Source: Thermoplasmatota archaeon (GTDB lineage Archaea > Thermoplasmatota > E2 > JACPAO01 > JAHFTW01). Taken from it: a stretch of 34,707 bases of DNA. This document shows positions 18,279-26,621 of this stretch, one piece after another. The DNA lies in NCBI GenBank assembly GCA_041600695.1, contig JBFIJP010000003.1, forward strand, positions 1 to 34,707, written 5' to 3'. The stretch's first letter is position 1. Each line of letters begins with the position of its first letter. The position numbers were made by a program, and so were the translations under genes. Below the pieces are notes generated by a model. The model was given only the letters and a program-made list of their open reading frames with translations, was not told where the DNA came from and made no database searches.

Positions 18279-19250
18279 ATGGACCCGGAAATCCGCCTGG
18301 GCATCAGCGCTTGCCTGCTGGGCCAGCGGGTCCGGTTCGATGGTACCCACAAGCGGGACGACTTTCTGACCGACACACTGGGGCCACACGTCACGTGGGT
18401 GCCGGTCTGCCCCGAGGAGGAGGTGGGGATGGGCACGCCACGGGAGGCGGTCCGACTGGTGGGGGCCCCTGGCGACGAGCCGCGGATGGTGGGCTTCAAC
18501 AGTGGCGATGACTGGACCCATCGGATGAACAAGTACAGCGCCTCGCGGGTGGCCAAGCTGCGCGGGGAGGCGTTGCACGGTTACGTCTTCAAGAAGGACA
18601 GTCCCTCTTGTGGCCTGTTTCGCGTCAAGATTCACAACGGCGACGGGCCGCCGCGCCGCGATGGGCGTGGCTTGTTCGCGGCGACCCTCACCGAGGCGTT
18701 CCCGCTGCTGCCAGTGGAGGAAGAGGGGCGCCTGCGGGACCCAGGGCTGCGCGAACACTTCCTTGACCGCGTGTTTGCCTACGCGCGCTGGACCGGGTTT
18801 CTGGAAACCAATCCCAAGCCGGCGGATCTGGTGTCGTTCCATGCGAACCACAAGGCGACCCTGATGGCCCACGAGCCCGACGCGGTGGCCCGCCTGGGCC
18901 GGCTCGTGGCGCAGGCTGGCGTTGCCGCACGGGAGCCGGCCGCATGGGCGGACCTGCTGGACCATTACGCCGCCGGGTTCCTGGAGGCCCTAGGCACCGC
19001 CGCCACGGCCAGTCGGCACGCCAATGTGCTGTGGCACCTGGCCGGCTACCTGCGCGACCACGCCACGGACGGGGACAGGCAGGAACTGGATGGCGTCATC
19101 GAACAATACCGCGACGGCCTCGTTCCCCTGGTTGTCCCCATGACGCTGCTGCGCCACCACGTTCGCCGGGCGGATGTGGCCCCGTGGCTGCGCGACCAGA
19201 CGTACCTGAACCCCTACCCTCGCGAGCTTCGCCTGCGCAACCACGTGTAA
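18279..19250 (+). CDS. DUF523/DUF1722 (YbgA-like, 2-thiouracil desulfurase family) protein
   Basis: GISACLLGQRVRFDG, PVCPE..GMGTPRE, KKDSPSCG, PVEEEGRL, QTYLNPYPRELRLRNHV. Confidence 0.9.
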   Translation: MDPEIRLGISACLLGQRVRFDGTHKRDDFLTDTLGPHVTWVPVCPEEEVGMGTPREAVRLVGAPGDEPRMVGFNSGDDWTHRMNKYSASRVAKLRGEALHGYVFKKDSPSCGLFRVKIHNGDGPPRRDGRGLFAATLTEAFPLLPVEEEGRLRDPGLREHFLDRVFAYARWTGFLETNPKPADLVSFHANHKATLMAHEPDAVARLGRLVAQAGVAAREPAAWADLLDHYAAGFLEALGTAATASRHANVLWHLAGYLRDHATDGDRQELDGVIEQYRDGLVPLVVPMTLLRHHVRRADVAPWLRDQTYLNPYPRELRLRNHV

Positions 19251-19299
19251 GCAAGCCCGCAGCGCAAGCCCTTCACGGCCAGTGCCGGGTCTGGGTGTC

Positions 19300-20742
19300 G
19301 TGCGGGTTCTCGTGACAGGTGCCACAGGCTACGTGGGCGGACGGCTGGTTCCCCGACTGCTGGAACAGGGCCACAAGGTGCGGGTGCTGGTTCGTGACCC
19401 GTCCCGCGTGGCAGGCCGATCCTGGTCCAACCAGGTGGAGGTGGTCAGGGGTGATCTGCTCGACCGTGACAGCCTCAAGGGTTGCGCTGAAGGCTGCGGC
19501 GCTGCGTACTACCTGGTGCACGCCATGGGCGCCGGGTCGGGCTTTGCTGACCGAGACATTCGAGCCGCGTCCAACTTCGTCGCGGTCGCCCCGCACCTGA
19601 CCCACTGCATCTACCTAGGCGGCCTGATGCCCGCAGCGGCTCCCAGCGAGCATCTGCGCAGCCGTGCCGAAACCGGCGAGGTGCTGGCCAGCCGGCTGCC
19701 CACGACAGAATTTCGCGCGGGGCCCATTGTTGGCAGCGGCTCCCTGTCCTTCGAGATGGTTCGGTACCTGACCGAACGGCTGCCGGTCATGGTGGCCCCG
19801 CGCTGGATTGACAACCAAATCCAGCCCATTGCAATTCGCGACATCCTGGATTATCTCGTCGCCGCCCTGAGCATGGGGCCCAGCGGCATCATTGAGGTCG
19901 GCGGGGAGCGCCTGACGTTTCGTGACATGATGCTGGGTTACGCCGCCGAACGCAAGCTCGCCCGCCGCATCGTCCCCGTGCCGGTGCTGACCCCCCACCT
20001 GTCGGGACTGTGGGTCCAGTTGGTGACTCCCATCCCGAACCGCTCGGCGATTCCCCTGATCCAGGGCATCACGGAACCCCTGGTCGCCAACCCCGAGCGG
20101 GCCCGCGCCCTGTTTCCAGACATCCATCCGATGCCCTACCGGCAGGCGGTCCGGCGGGCCTTGGCCAAGGTCGACGCCGGAGAAGTGGAGACCCAGTGGA
20201 GCGGCGCCTTGGCCGGCCATCCGGCCCATGTGCTGGAGGAGCGCGAGGGGCTGGTCCGCGAGGTCCGGAGCCGCCATGTCGCCGCGCCCCCCGAGGTCGT
20301 CTACCATGTCATCGCGTCACTTGGCGGCAACACGGGTTGGCTGGCCTGGAACTGGGCCTGGACGCTGCGGGGCCGCATGGACCGCGTCGTCGGCGGGCCG
20401 GGTCTGCGCAGGGGAAGGCGACATCCCCACGACTTGCGTCCCGGTGAAGCGGTCGATTTCTGGCGGGTGGAAGCCGCCGAGCCGCCGCGGCTGCTGCGCC
20501 TGAGGGCAGAAATGAAACTGCCGGGCCGTGCCTGGCTGCAATGGGAACTGGAGGCCGACGAAGGGGGCACCCGGCTGGATCAGGTAGCCCTTTTTGCACC
20601 CAAGGGCCTGGCGGGCCACCTGTACTGGAATGCCCTCCACCCCGTCCACGGTCGCATCTTCAGCGACTTGGCCCTGGCCGTTGCCCAGACGGCAGAGAAG
20701 GACGCCCGGAAGGCCGCCACGGCCGGCCATACGGCTAAATAA
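19300..20742 (+). CDS. atypical SDR/NAD(P)-binding oxidoreductase with C-terminal DUF2867 (YbjT-like)
   Basis: VLVTGATGYVGGRL, YYLVH, GSGSLSFEM, DFWRVE, LRLRAEMKLPG. Confidence 0.9.
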   Translation: MRVLVTGATGYVGGRLVPRLLEQGHKVRVLVRDPSRVAGRSWSNQVEVVRGDLLDRDSLKGCAEGCGAAYYLVHAMGAGSGFADRDIRAASNFVAVAPHLTHCIYLGGLMPAAAPSEHLRSRAETGEVLASRLPTTEFRAGPIVGSGSLSFEMVRYLTERLPVMVAPRWIDNQIQPIAIRDILDYLVAALSMGPSGIIEVGGERLTFRDMMLGYAAERKLARRIVPVPVLTPHLSGLWVQLVTPIPNRSAIPLIQGITEPLVANPERARALFPDIHPMPYRQAVRRALAKVDAGEVETQWSGALAGHPAHVLEEREGLVREVRSRHVAAPPEVVYHVIASLGGNTGWLAWNWAWTLRGRMDRVVGGPGLRRGRRHPHDLRPGEAVDFWRVEAAEPPRLLRLRAEMKLPGRAWLQWELEADEGGTRLDQVALFAPKGLAGHLYWNALHPVHGRIFSDLALAVAQTAEKDARKAATAGHTAK

Positions 20743-20825
20743 GGCACCCTCGTCGGCCGCCTTGGACCTGGATCCTGGCGATCGTTACGACGCCACCGTC
20801 CGGGCCCGCAATTTGAGGTCTATCC

Positions 20826-21281
20826 ATGGCACGTATGCACGCTCGCCGCCGAGGCTCGTCCGGTTCCGACCGCCCCATCCGGGATGAGGCCCCCTCCTGG
20901 GTCGCTGTCCTCCCCCGTGAGGTCGAGGCCAAGGTCGTCGAACTCGCCAAGGCCGGCGTCCAGCCCGCCGTCATCGGCGTCCAGCTGCGCGACAGCATGG
21001 GTGTCCCGGACGTCAAGCAGTTGACCGGCAAGAGGGTCACCGAGATCATTGCCGAGAACAACCTGTCCCCCAACGTCCCCCAGGACCTCAAGAACCTGAT
21101 CAACCGCGCCATCAGCCTGATGGAGCACGTGCAGACCCACCGCAAGGACCTGCACAACCGCCGCGGCCTGGAGCTCATCGAGGCCCGCATCCGCCGCCTG
21201 GCGAAGTACTACAAGCGCACCGGTGCCCTGGCTGCGAACTGGAAGTACACGCGCGGTGGCGCTAGGCTGTTGGTGGACTAA
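20826..21281 (+). CDS. rps15: 30S ribosomal protein S15 (archaeal uS15/S13e type)
   Basis: MARMHARRRGSSGS, IGVQLRDSMGVPDVK, KDLHNRRGLELIEARIRRLAKYYK, WKY; 151 aa. Confidence 0.97.
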   Translation: MARMHARRRGSSGSDRPIRDEAPSWVAVLPREVEAKVVELAKAGVQPAVIGVQLRDSMGVPDVKQLTGKRVTEIIAENNLSPNVPQDLKNLINRAISLMEHVQTHRKDLHNRRGLELIEARIRRLAKYYKRTGALAANWKYTRGGARLLVD

Positions 21282-21304
21282 GCCCGAAGGGCTTCGTCCA
21301 ACAG
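21267..21304 (+). terminator. bulged hairpin overlapping the rps15 stop codon
   Basis: CTGT-tgg-TGGAC-t-AAGCCC-gaa-GGGCTT-c-GTCCA-ACAG. Confidence 0.5.
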
Positions 21305-21420
21305 GCAATTGACGCCAACGGGACCGCGGGTTGCTTGCGGCCCGTGCTCCCGGTCGCGCCGCGGCCCGCCTTTCCTTTTTCCTCGATCCCTTTTCATCAT
21401 CGATCCTTGCCGAGTCAGCG

Positions 21421-22800
21421 ATGAGCCTCCACGATGCGGCCGAACGCGCCGCCGCCGTCATCCGCGCCATGCCCCCGGGCACCCGCTGGTTTCTCGCCAC
21501 CGACGTCGATGCCGACGGGCTGGCGGCGGCCGCGGTCATGGCCAAGGCGCTGCATCGGGCGGGGTACGGGTACACGGTGCGCGCCAGCCGGGACAAGAGT
21601 CTGGAGGGGCTCCTGTCGGTGCTCGACCAGGCGGCCGACGGGTATGTGTACCTGGACAAGGCGTCGGCCCACGCGGCGGCGATCGCCGAGCGCGGCGCCC
21701 AAGGCGAGCCCGGGCGGCCGATCCTGATCATCGACCATCACAACCTGCCCCGAAAGGAATTCGGGACCCACTCTGGCCCCGTGGTGATGGTCAATCCCCG
21801 GGCCGAAGGGCTCGACGGCAGCCAGGACGCCTGCGCCAGCACGACGGCGCTTGCCGTGGCGCTGGCGCTTGGTGGTGAGCGCAACCTGGATCTCGGGCCC
21901 AGCTCGCTGGTGGGCGCCATCGGTGATTGGCAGCACGTTCGCGGCTGGCAGGGTTGGAACGCCGAGATCGTTGAACGGTGCCTGGCCGTGGGGCATTTGG
22001 TTGAGAAGCCGGCGCCGCGGCTGGGGGGCGGCCCTCTGGCATCCGCCGTTGCTCGTTACAAGCATGTTCCCGTGGAGGGGCTCACCGGGGACATCGCCGG
22101 GGCGGCGGCGTTCCTTGAGGCCCTGAAAATCAACCCGGAGGATTCCATCGATAGCCTTGATGACGATGGCTTGACGCGGCTGATGAGCGCGCTGGCAGCG
22201 CGGCAGTTGGCGGCGGGGGCTTCCACGGAGGATGTGCTTCGGCTGGTGGGTGCCCTGCAGATGCATGCCCAGTTGCAACTCAGCCTGAGGGCCATCTTTG
22301 GCATCGTTGACGCCTGCGGCCGGGAGGGGCGGTCGGGCCTCGGGTTGGCGTTCCTGATGGGCGATCGGGAGGCAGCGCGTGGCGCACGCAGCGTGTATTC
22401 TGATTACCGCCGGGCCATCCGCGCGGGTCTGCTTCGCCTCCAGGCGCAGGGCACCACGCGGCTGCGGGCTTTGCAGTGGGCGTGGACCGACCGGCCCGAA
22501 TACACGGGGATGGTGGCAGGTTTGGGCATCAATCATGTCCTGGCGGACGTGTCGGTGCCCGTCATCATGTTGGCTAGGCGGGAGGATGGCCAGGTGCAGG
22601 TGAGCCACCGTGGCGAGGCCCACATGGTGGATGCCGGCTTGGATCTCGGGGCGGCCGTGGCGCCGGCGGCGCACGCGGTGGGTGGCGAAGGAGGTGGCCA
22701 CCCGGTGGCCGCGGGGGCCGTGATCCCTGAAGCGGGCGTCGATGCGTACCTGGCTGCACTTGATGCGGCGCTGGTGGCGCAAGGCTACGCCGCGGGGTAG
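21421..22800 (+). CDS. DHH/DHHA1 family phosphoesterase (archaeal RecJ-like nuclease)
   Basis: DVDADG, YLD, IIDHH, GAIGD, GGGHPVAAG; typical position downstream of rps15. Confidence 0.9.
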   Translation: MSLHDAAERAAAVIRAMPPGTRWFLATDVDADGLAAAAVMAKALHRAGYGYTVRASRDKSLEGLLSVLDQAADGYVYLDKASAHAAAIAERGAQGEPGRPILIIDHHNLPRKEFGTHSGPVVMVNPRAEGLDGSQDACASTTALAVALALGGERNLDLGPSSLVGAIGDWQHVRGWQGWNAEIVERCLAVGHLVEKPAPRLGGGPLASAVARYKHVPVEGLTGDIAGAAAFLEALKINPEDSIDSLDDDGLTRLMSALAARQLAAGASTEDVLRLVGALQMHAQLQLSLRAIFGIVDACGREGRSGLGLAFLMGDREAARGARSVYSDYRRAIRAGLLRLQAQGTTRLRALQWAWTDRPEYTGMVAGLGINHVLADVSVPVIMLARREDGQVQVSHRGEAHMVDAGLDLGAAVAPAAHAVGGEGGGHPVAAGAVIPEAGVDAYLAALDAALVAQGYAAG

Positions 22801-22896
22801 CTTCGCGGCCGCGTAGGTTCGGGGCGGCGGGGTAGGTTAGCGGCGCCGCGGCCGGTCCACACAACCGTTTTGGAGGCCATCGGGTGTGCCCCCCGC

Positions 22897-24285
22897 ATGA
22901 AGATTCACCGTGCTACCTGCCTGGTCCCCCTGATCATCGCAATTCTTGCCGGTTGCATTGGAAATGATACTACCGCGCCCGACGCCGTCGACCCTGCCCG
23001 TGATCCCGCATCCCCCCACTTCAGGCCGAATGTGGTCGTGGCGCTGCTGGACAGCGGCATCAACCCCTATCACGCCGAATTCGCCGAGCACTATGAAGTG
23101 GACGACCCGGCGCAGTACATTCCCGGCTACCCCGGCGCCGAGGTGCTGGACTTGTCGCCGTGGACGGCTGGGAGCTTCAACCGCGACGACGCCGACGAAG
23201 AGGTGTGGTCCAACACGCGGGCGGAAACCCTGTACCGGGTCGCCGGTTCGAAAATCGTGGGGCTCATCTCGTTCTTGGGCGACGGCGGGTTGCCCGGGGG
23301 CGGCCATGGGACCATGACGGCGAGCCGGGCGGCGGCCAACACCATCTCGGTGGGCGGCAACGCGACGCGCCTCGTGGTGATTCAGGGCACCAGCCTGGAG
23401 GCCATCCGGTGGGCTGCGGACCAGGACTGGATTGACATCATCAGCATCAGCAGCGGCATCAGCCTAGGCGGGGTGGCGCCTGGCGCCGCAAACGCCCACA
23501 ACCAGGCGGGCATCGAGGCGTTCCAGTACGCAGCCCACCGCAAGCCGATGTTTGCCTCCAGCGGCAACGGCTTGGGCAACGTCGGCGTGGCGGGTTTCCC
23601 GGCATGGACTCGCGGCCCCAGCGGCGCTCCCGATGTGATCAGCGTTGGCGCCAACGAGAACGGTCGCATGACGGTGTGGCACAACTTCCACCCCTACATC
23701 GTCGGCGACGGGTGCGCGAATCCCCGGGCCAGGGACGACTCTGCCGAGGCGGTCAGCGATTCGGGGGGAGGGACCAGCAGTGCGACGCCGTTTAGCGCTG
23801 GGACCGGCGCGGCCATTTTGCTGGAGGCCCGCTACCTGTTGGGGGATGGCCATGTGGGGCCCCGCGTGGCCGACAACGCCGTGGACTCGTTCACGGGTTG
23901 GGACAGCCTCAGTCCGGCTGACGGCCGCATTATCCTTGCCATGGGTGACCCCGGTTTGCGTGATATCACGACCGGGCCGCTGGCCGACGGCGTGTTCACC
24001 CAGCAGGAATTCAAGGATGTGCTGTACCACACGGCCCTCAGCGAGGGTTCGGAGGATGCGTCGGATGGCGAACCATGCAGCACGATCTACGCAGGCACCG
24101 TTGACGGGGACGACGTGCCCTACGAGGCGCGTGTCCAGTACCAGGGTTATGGCGAAGTCAACGCCGACGCCGCCGACGTGGCCAAGCAGGTCCTGCGGGG
24201 CGAAGTGGAACTGCCCGTGCGGCCGGAGGACGACGCGTGGTACGAGCGCTATCACGGGTTCAGGACTGCAACGTACCTTGGCTAG
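22897..24285 (+). CDS. S8 subtilase-family serine peptidase, lipoprotein
   Basis: Lipobox ILAGC; catalytic triad VALLDSG / GHGT / GTSSATP; oxyanion SSGNG. Confidence 0.85.
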   Translation: MKIHRATCLVPLIIAILAGCIGNDTTAPDAVDPARDPASPHFRPNVVVALLDSGINPYHAEFAEHYEVDDPAQYIPGYPGAEVLDLSPWTAGSFNRDDADEEVWSNTRAETLYRVAGSKIVGLISFLGDGGLPGGGHGTMTASRAAANTISVGGNATRLVVIQGTSLEAIRWAADQDWIDIISISSGISLGGVAPGAANAHNQAGIEAFQYAAHRKPMFASSGNGLGNVGVAGFPAWTRGPSGAPDVISVGANENGRMTVWHNFHPYIVGDGCANPRARDDSAEAVSDSGGGTSSATPFSAGTGAAILLEARYLLGDGHVGPRVADNAVDSFTGWDSLSPADGRIILAMGDPGLRDITTGPLADGVFTQQEFKDVLYHTALSEGSEDASDGEPCSTIYAGTVDGDDVPYEARVQYQGYGEVNADAADVAKQVLRGEVELPVRPEDDAWYERYHGFRTATYLG

Positions 24286-24407
24286 GCGGGGACCCCGCCC
24301 GAGATGGCCGCCATGACCGCCGTGACGCCAGCGGCCGGAGGTCTCACTGGGTCGAAGACCCGGGGCTCGAGTTGGACGACGACATTCACGCGGCCACCGG
24401 ACCGGGC

Positions 24408-24459
24408 CGTGGTGCGTCTCCGTGCTGCGTCTCCGTGCTGCGTCTCCGTGGTGCGTCAC
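24408..24459. repeat. 4 x 13 bp intergenic tandem repeat CGTG(G/C)TGCGTC(T/A)C
   Basis: Units start at 24408, 24421, 24434 and 24447. Confidence 0.85.
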
Positions 24460-24513
24460 CGGCCATGGGGCGCAGGGCGCGCCCTTCAAGCAGAGAGAAT
24501 CCGTGGCGGCACC

Positions 24514-24759
24514 GTGGTCAACCACGGCACCCTCCGCATCGCCTTCCCCAGCACGGCCGAGGCCAGCGATGCGGCCGCAGCACTAGCCCCCGACGACGAC
24601 GGGGCCATCCAGCACCACACGGAGGGCCAGCTCCTCATTATCCAGGCCGAGAGTGCCTCCATCATGGGACTCCTGCGCAGTCTGGATGACGCGCTGACGT
24701 GCCTTCGGGTCTTGGAGGGCGCTGACGAGCAGGCGGTAGCCGAACGACGGCGACCCTAG
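24514..24759 (+). CDS. pcc1: KEOPS complex subunit Pcc1
   Basis: About 80 aa; LRIAFPS..A...AAALAPD...LLIIQAES...LLRSLDDALTCL pattern; syntenic with rps15/DHH; GTG start inferred. Confidence 0.75.
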   Translation: MVNHGTLRIAFPSTAEASDAAAALAPDDDGAIQHHTEGQLLIIQAESASIMGLLRSLDDALTCLRVLEGADEQAVAERRRP

Positions 24760-24787
24760 CGGCGGGCGCCTGGCGGGCGTGGTCCTG

Positions 24788-25609
24788 CTAGGGAAGCCGG
24801 ATGAAGCTGTCTGTGAAGGCGCCGTCGATGACGCTCAGGAGGTAGGCCTGCGCCCTGGCGGAGCCCACGATCTGTTCGGCAACACTGCCCGGGGCCAGCT
24901 CCACGTACCCTGCGCCGCCGTAGGCGGCGCCGGCCGACGTATTGGTGTACCAGATGGCGTGGCCGGCGTCCCCCGGCTGGTACTCGGTGAAGTCACCGGC
25001 GAAGGTGGTCGGCGCCAGGCCGGCCCCGGCGATCCGGAAAGCACCCACATCGTCCATGCGGAACGACATGTCCATGGCGAGGCCAACGGGCGTCGTCGCC
25101 CACGGGTCAAGGCTCACTCCGCCTGCGTGAACGGGCAGGCCGGCTGCGCCCAGGACCTCCCGGCGCTCGTCGTCGGGCACCAAGGTGTCCCACTTGTAGA
25201 AGGTGAGGGACGCCTTGGGGCCGGTGGCGTTGGCTGGCGCCTCGACGCCGGTCCAGATGCTGCCGTACGTGATGTCCGCGATGGTACCGTTGAGGCCTTC
25301 GCCCGCGGCGCACGAGAAGGCCTCGATGCCAAGGATCCCTTCCATGCGCGGGTCCGGGGGCAGCATGGCCCGGATGGCGTCGGGCACGGCCGCGGTGAAC
25401 CCTTCGGCGAGGTGTGGCTGCACGGCGTCGGCGGGAACGGGCACAATCGCGATGGCCATCTGGCAATCGCTGAGGCCCCATGCAAGCTCCTGGACGGCCG
25501 GCGCGGCGTGTCCGCCGATGGTTTGCGCGTCGTCGGGTTCATCCTCGCTGATGCAGCCTGCCAGCAATGCCAGGGCAAGGATGCTGGGCATCATCCACCG
25601 GAAAGTCAT
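24788..25609 (-). CDS. hypothetical lipoprotein
   Basis: Lipobox LALLAGC; paralogous motifs shared with 25713-26540. Confidence 0.8.
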   Translation of the reverse strand: MTFRWMMPSILALALLAGCISEDEPDDAQTIGGHAAPAVQELAWGLSDCQMAIAIVPVPADAVQPHLAEGFTAAVPDAIRAMLPPDPRMEGILGIEAFSCAAGEGLNGTIADITYGSIWTGVEAPANATGPKASLTFYKWDTLVPDDERREVLGAAGLPVHAGGVSLDPWATTPVGLAMDMSFRMDDVGAFRIAGAGLAPTTFAGDFTEYQPGDAGHAIWYTNTSAGAAYGGAGYVELAPGSVAEQIVGSARAQAYLLSVIDGAFTDSFIRLP

Positions 25610-25712
25610 GCATCGAGACGAGCGCCGCGCGGCCATGAACGTTTGGGCCACCGGCCGGCTGGGGCGACGCGGGGAACAAAAAGCCTTGAGCATGGAGTGC
25701 GTGGAAATCAAC

Positions 25713-26540
25713 ATGCACCGATGGGCCGCTTGCGTGACGCTTGCATCTCTCCTGTTGGCGGGTTGCAGCAGCCCCGCCTCCGATCTTGATGACAACCTGG
25801 CTGCCGGAGCTCCCGACGCAGCCCCGCCAGTCGTGGATGCCTTCTCCATGCCCGTTTCCGCGTCCGACTGCCTGGAGCTGGGCGTCGTCATCCTGGTCAG
25901 CATGGCCCATGCCCAATCCCAGCTTCCGGAAGGCTTCGTGGCCGCCGACGCGCAGGCCTTCTTTGGCTCACCCACCCCCTTCAACCGCGCCGCGGTGTTC
26001 CTGACCAACACCCGCTGTGACACGACCGATCTCGCCGAGGCCGGCCTGACGGAGGCCCTGGTAGGCATCACCATCGAGGACCCCGGATTGCCCGCCAACG
26101 GAACCGCCACGGTCCACTTCTACGAACCTGCCCGTGGAACCGACACACCCGCCATGCGGCTCTTGATGGACCGCGTCGGCTGGGCCACGCAGGCGGACTC
26201 CATTCAATCCACCGCGGCCTTCGTGCCCCTCGTTCAGGGCTCCGGCGTCGTGAGCAACAACGGCACCGCCGTCTACGACATGGCCGTTCGCGCGTCCCCC
26301 ATGCCAGCCACCTTCAGCGGCACCTACCGTTGGTGGCAGCAGACCCCCCTCGGAGTGGGCTTGTTTGATTACACGCTGAGCGTCGACGGCTACATCGGTC
26401 ACGCCACGTGCAACATCGCCCCCGGCGCGGTGGCAGCCAGGGCCGCTGGTACCACCACCTGCACGGACGCCAACTCGGTCGGAGTCATTGCCCCGGGCCT
26501 CTCCTTCGAAGGCGGCTTCCAGTGGCTTGGGCTGGTGTAG
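25713..26540 (+). CDS. hypothetical lipoprotein, divergent paralogue of 24788-25609
   Basis: Lipobox LLLAGC; shared SDC, L(A/P)EGF, TF(A/S)G and APGxVA motifs. Confidence 0.8.
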   Translation: MHRWAACVTLASLLLAGCSSPASDLDDNLAAGAPDAAPPVVDAFSMPVSASDCLELGVVILVSMAHAQSQLPEGFVAADAQAFFGSPTPFNRAAVFLTNTRCDTTDLAEAGLTEALVGITIEDPGLPANGTATVHFYEPARGTDTPAMRLLMDRVGWATQADSIQSTAAFVPLVQGSGVVSNNGTAVYDMAVRASPMPATFSGTYRWWQQTPLGVGLFDYTLSVDGYIGHATCNIAPGAVAARAAGTTTCTDANSVGVIAPGLSFEGGFQWLGLV

Positions 26541-26621
26541 GCGGCCAGCCAGGCTGACCGGGCCCGCGGCGCCCCGCCGAGGACAGCCGTTAAACGAGCC
26601 CTCCGAGTGGGCGGCCCAGCC

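Noticed and set aside
24408-24459. Mini-CRISPR
   Set aside because: The units are 13 bp and directly adjacent, with no spacers.
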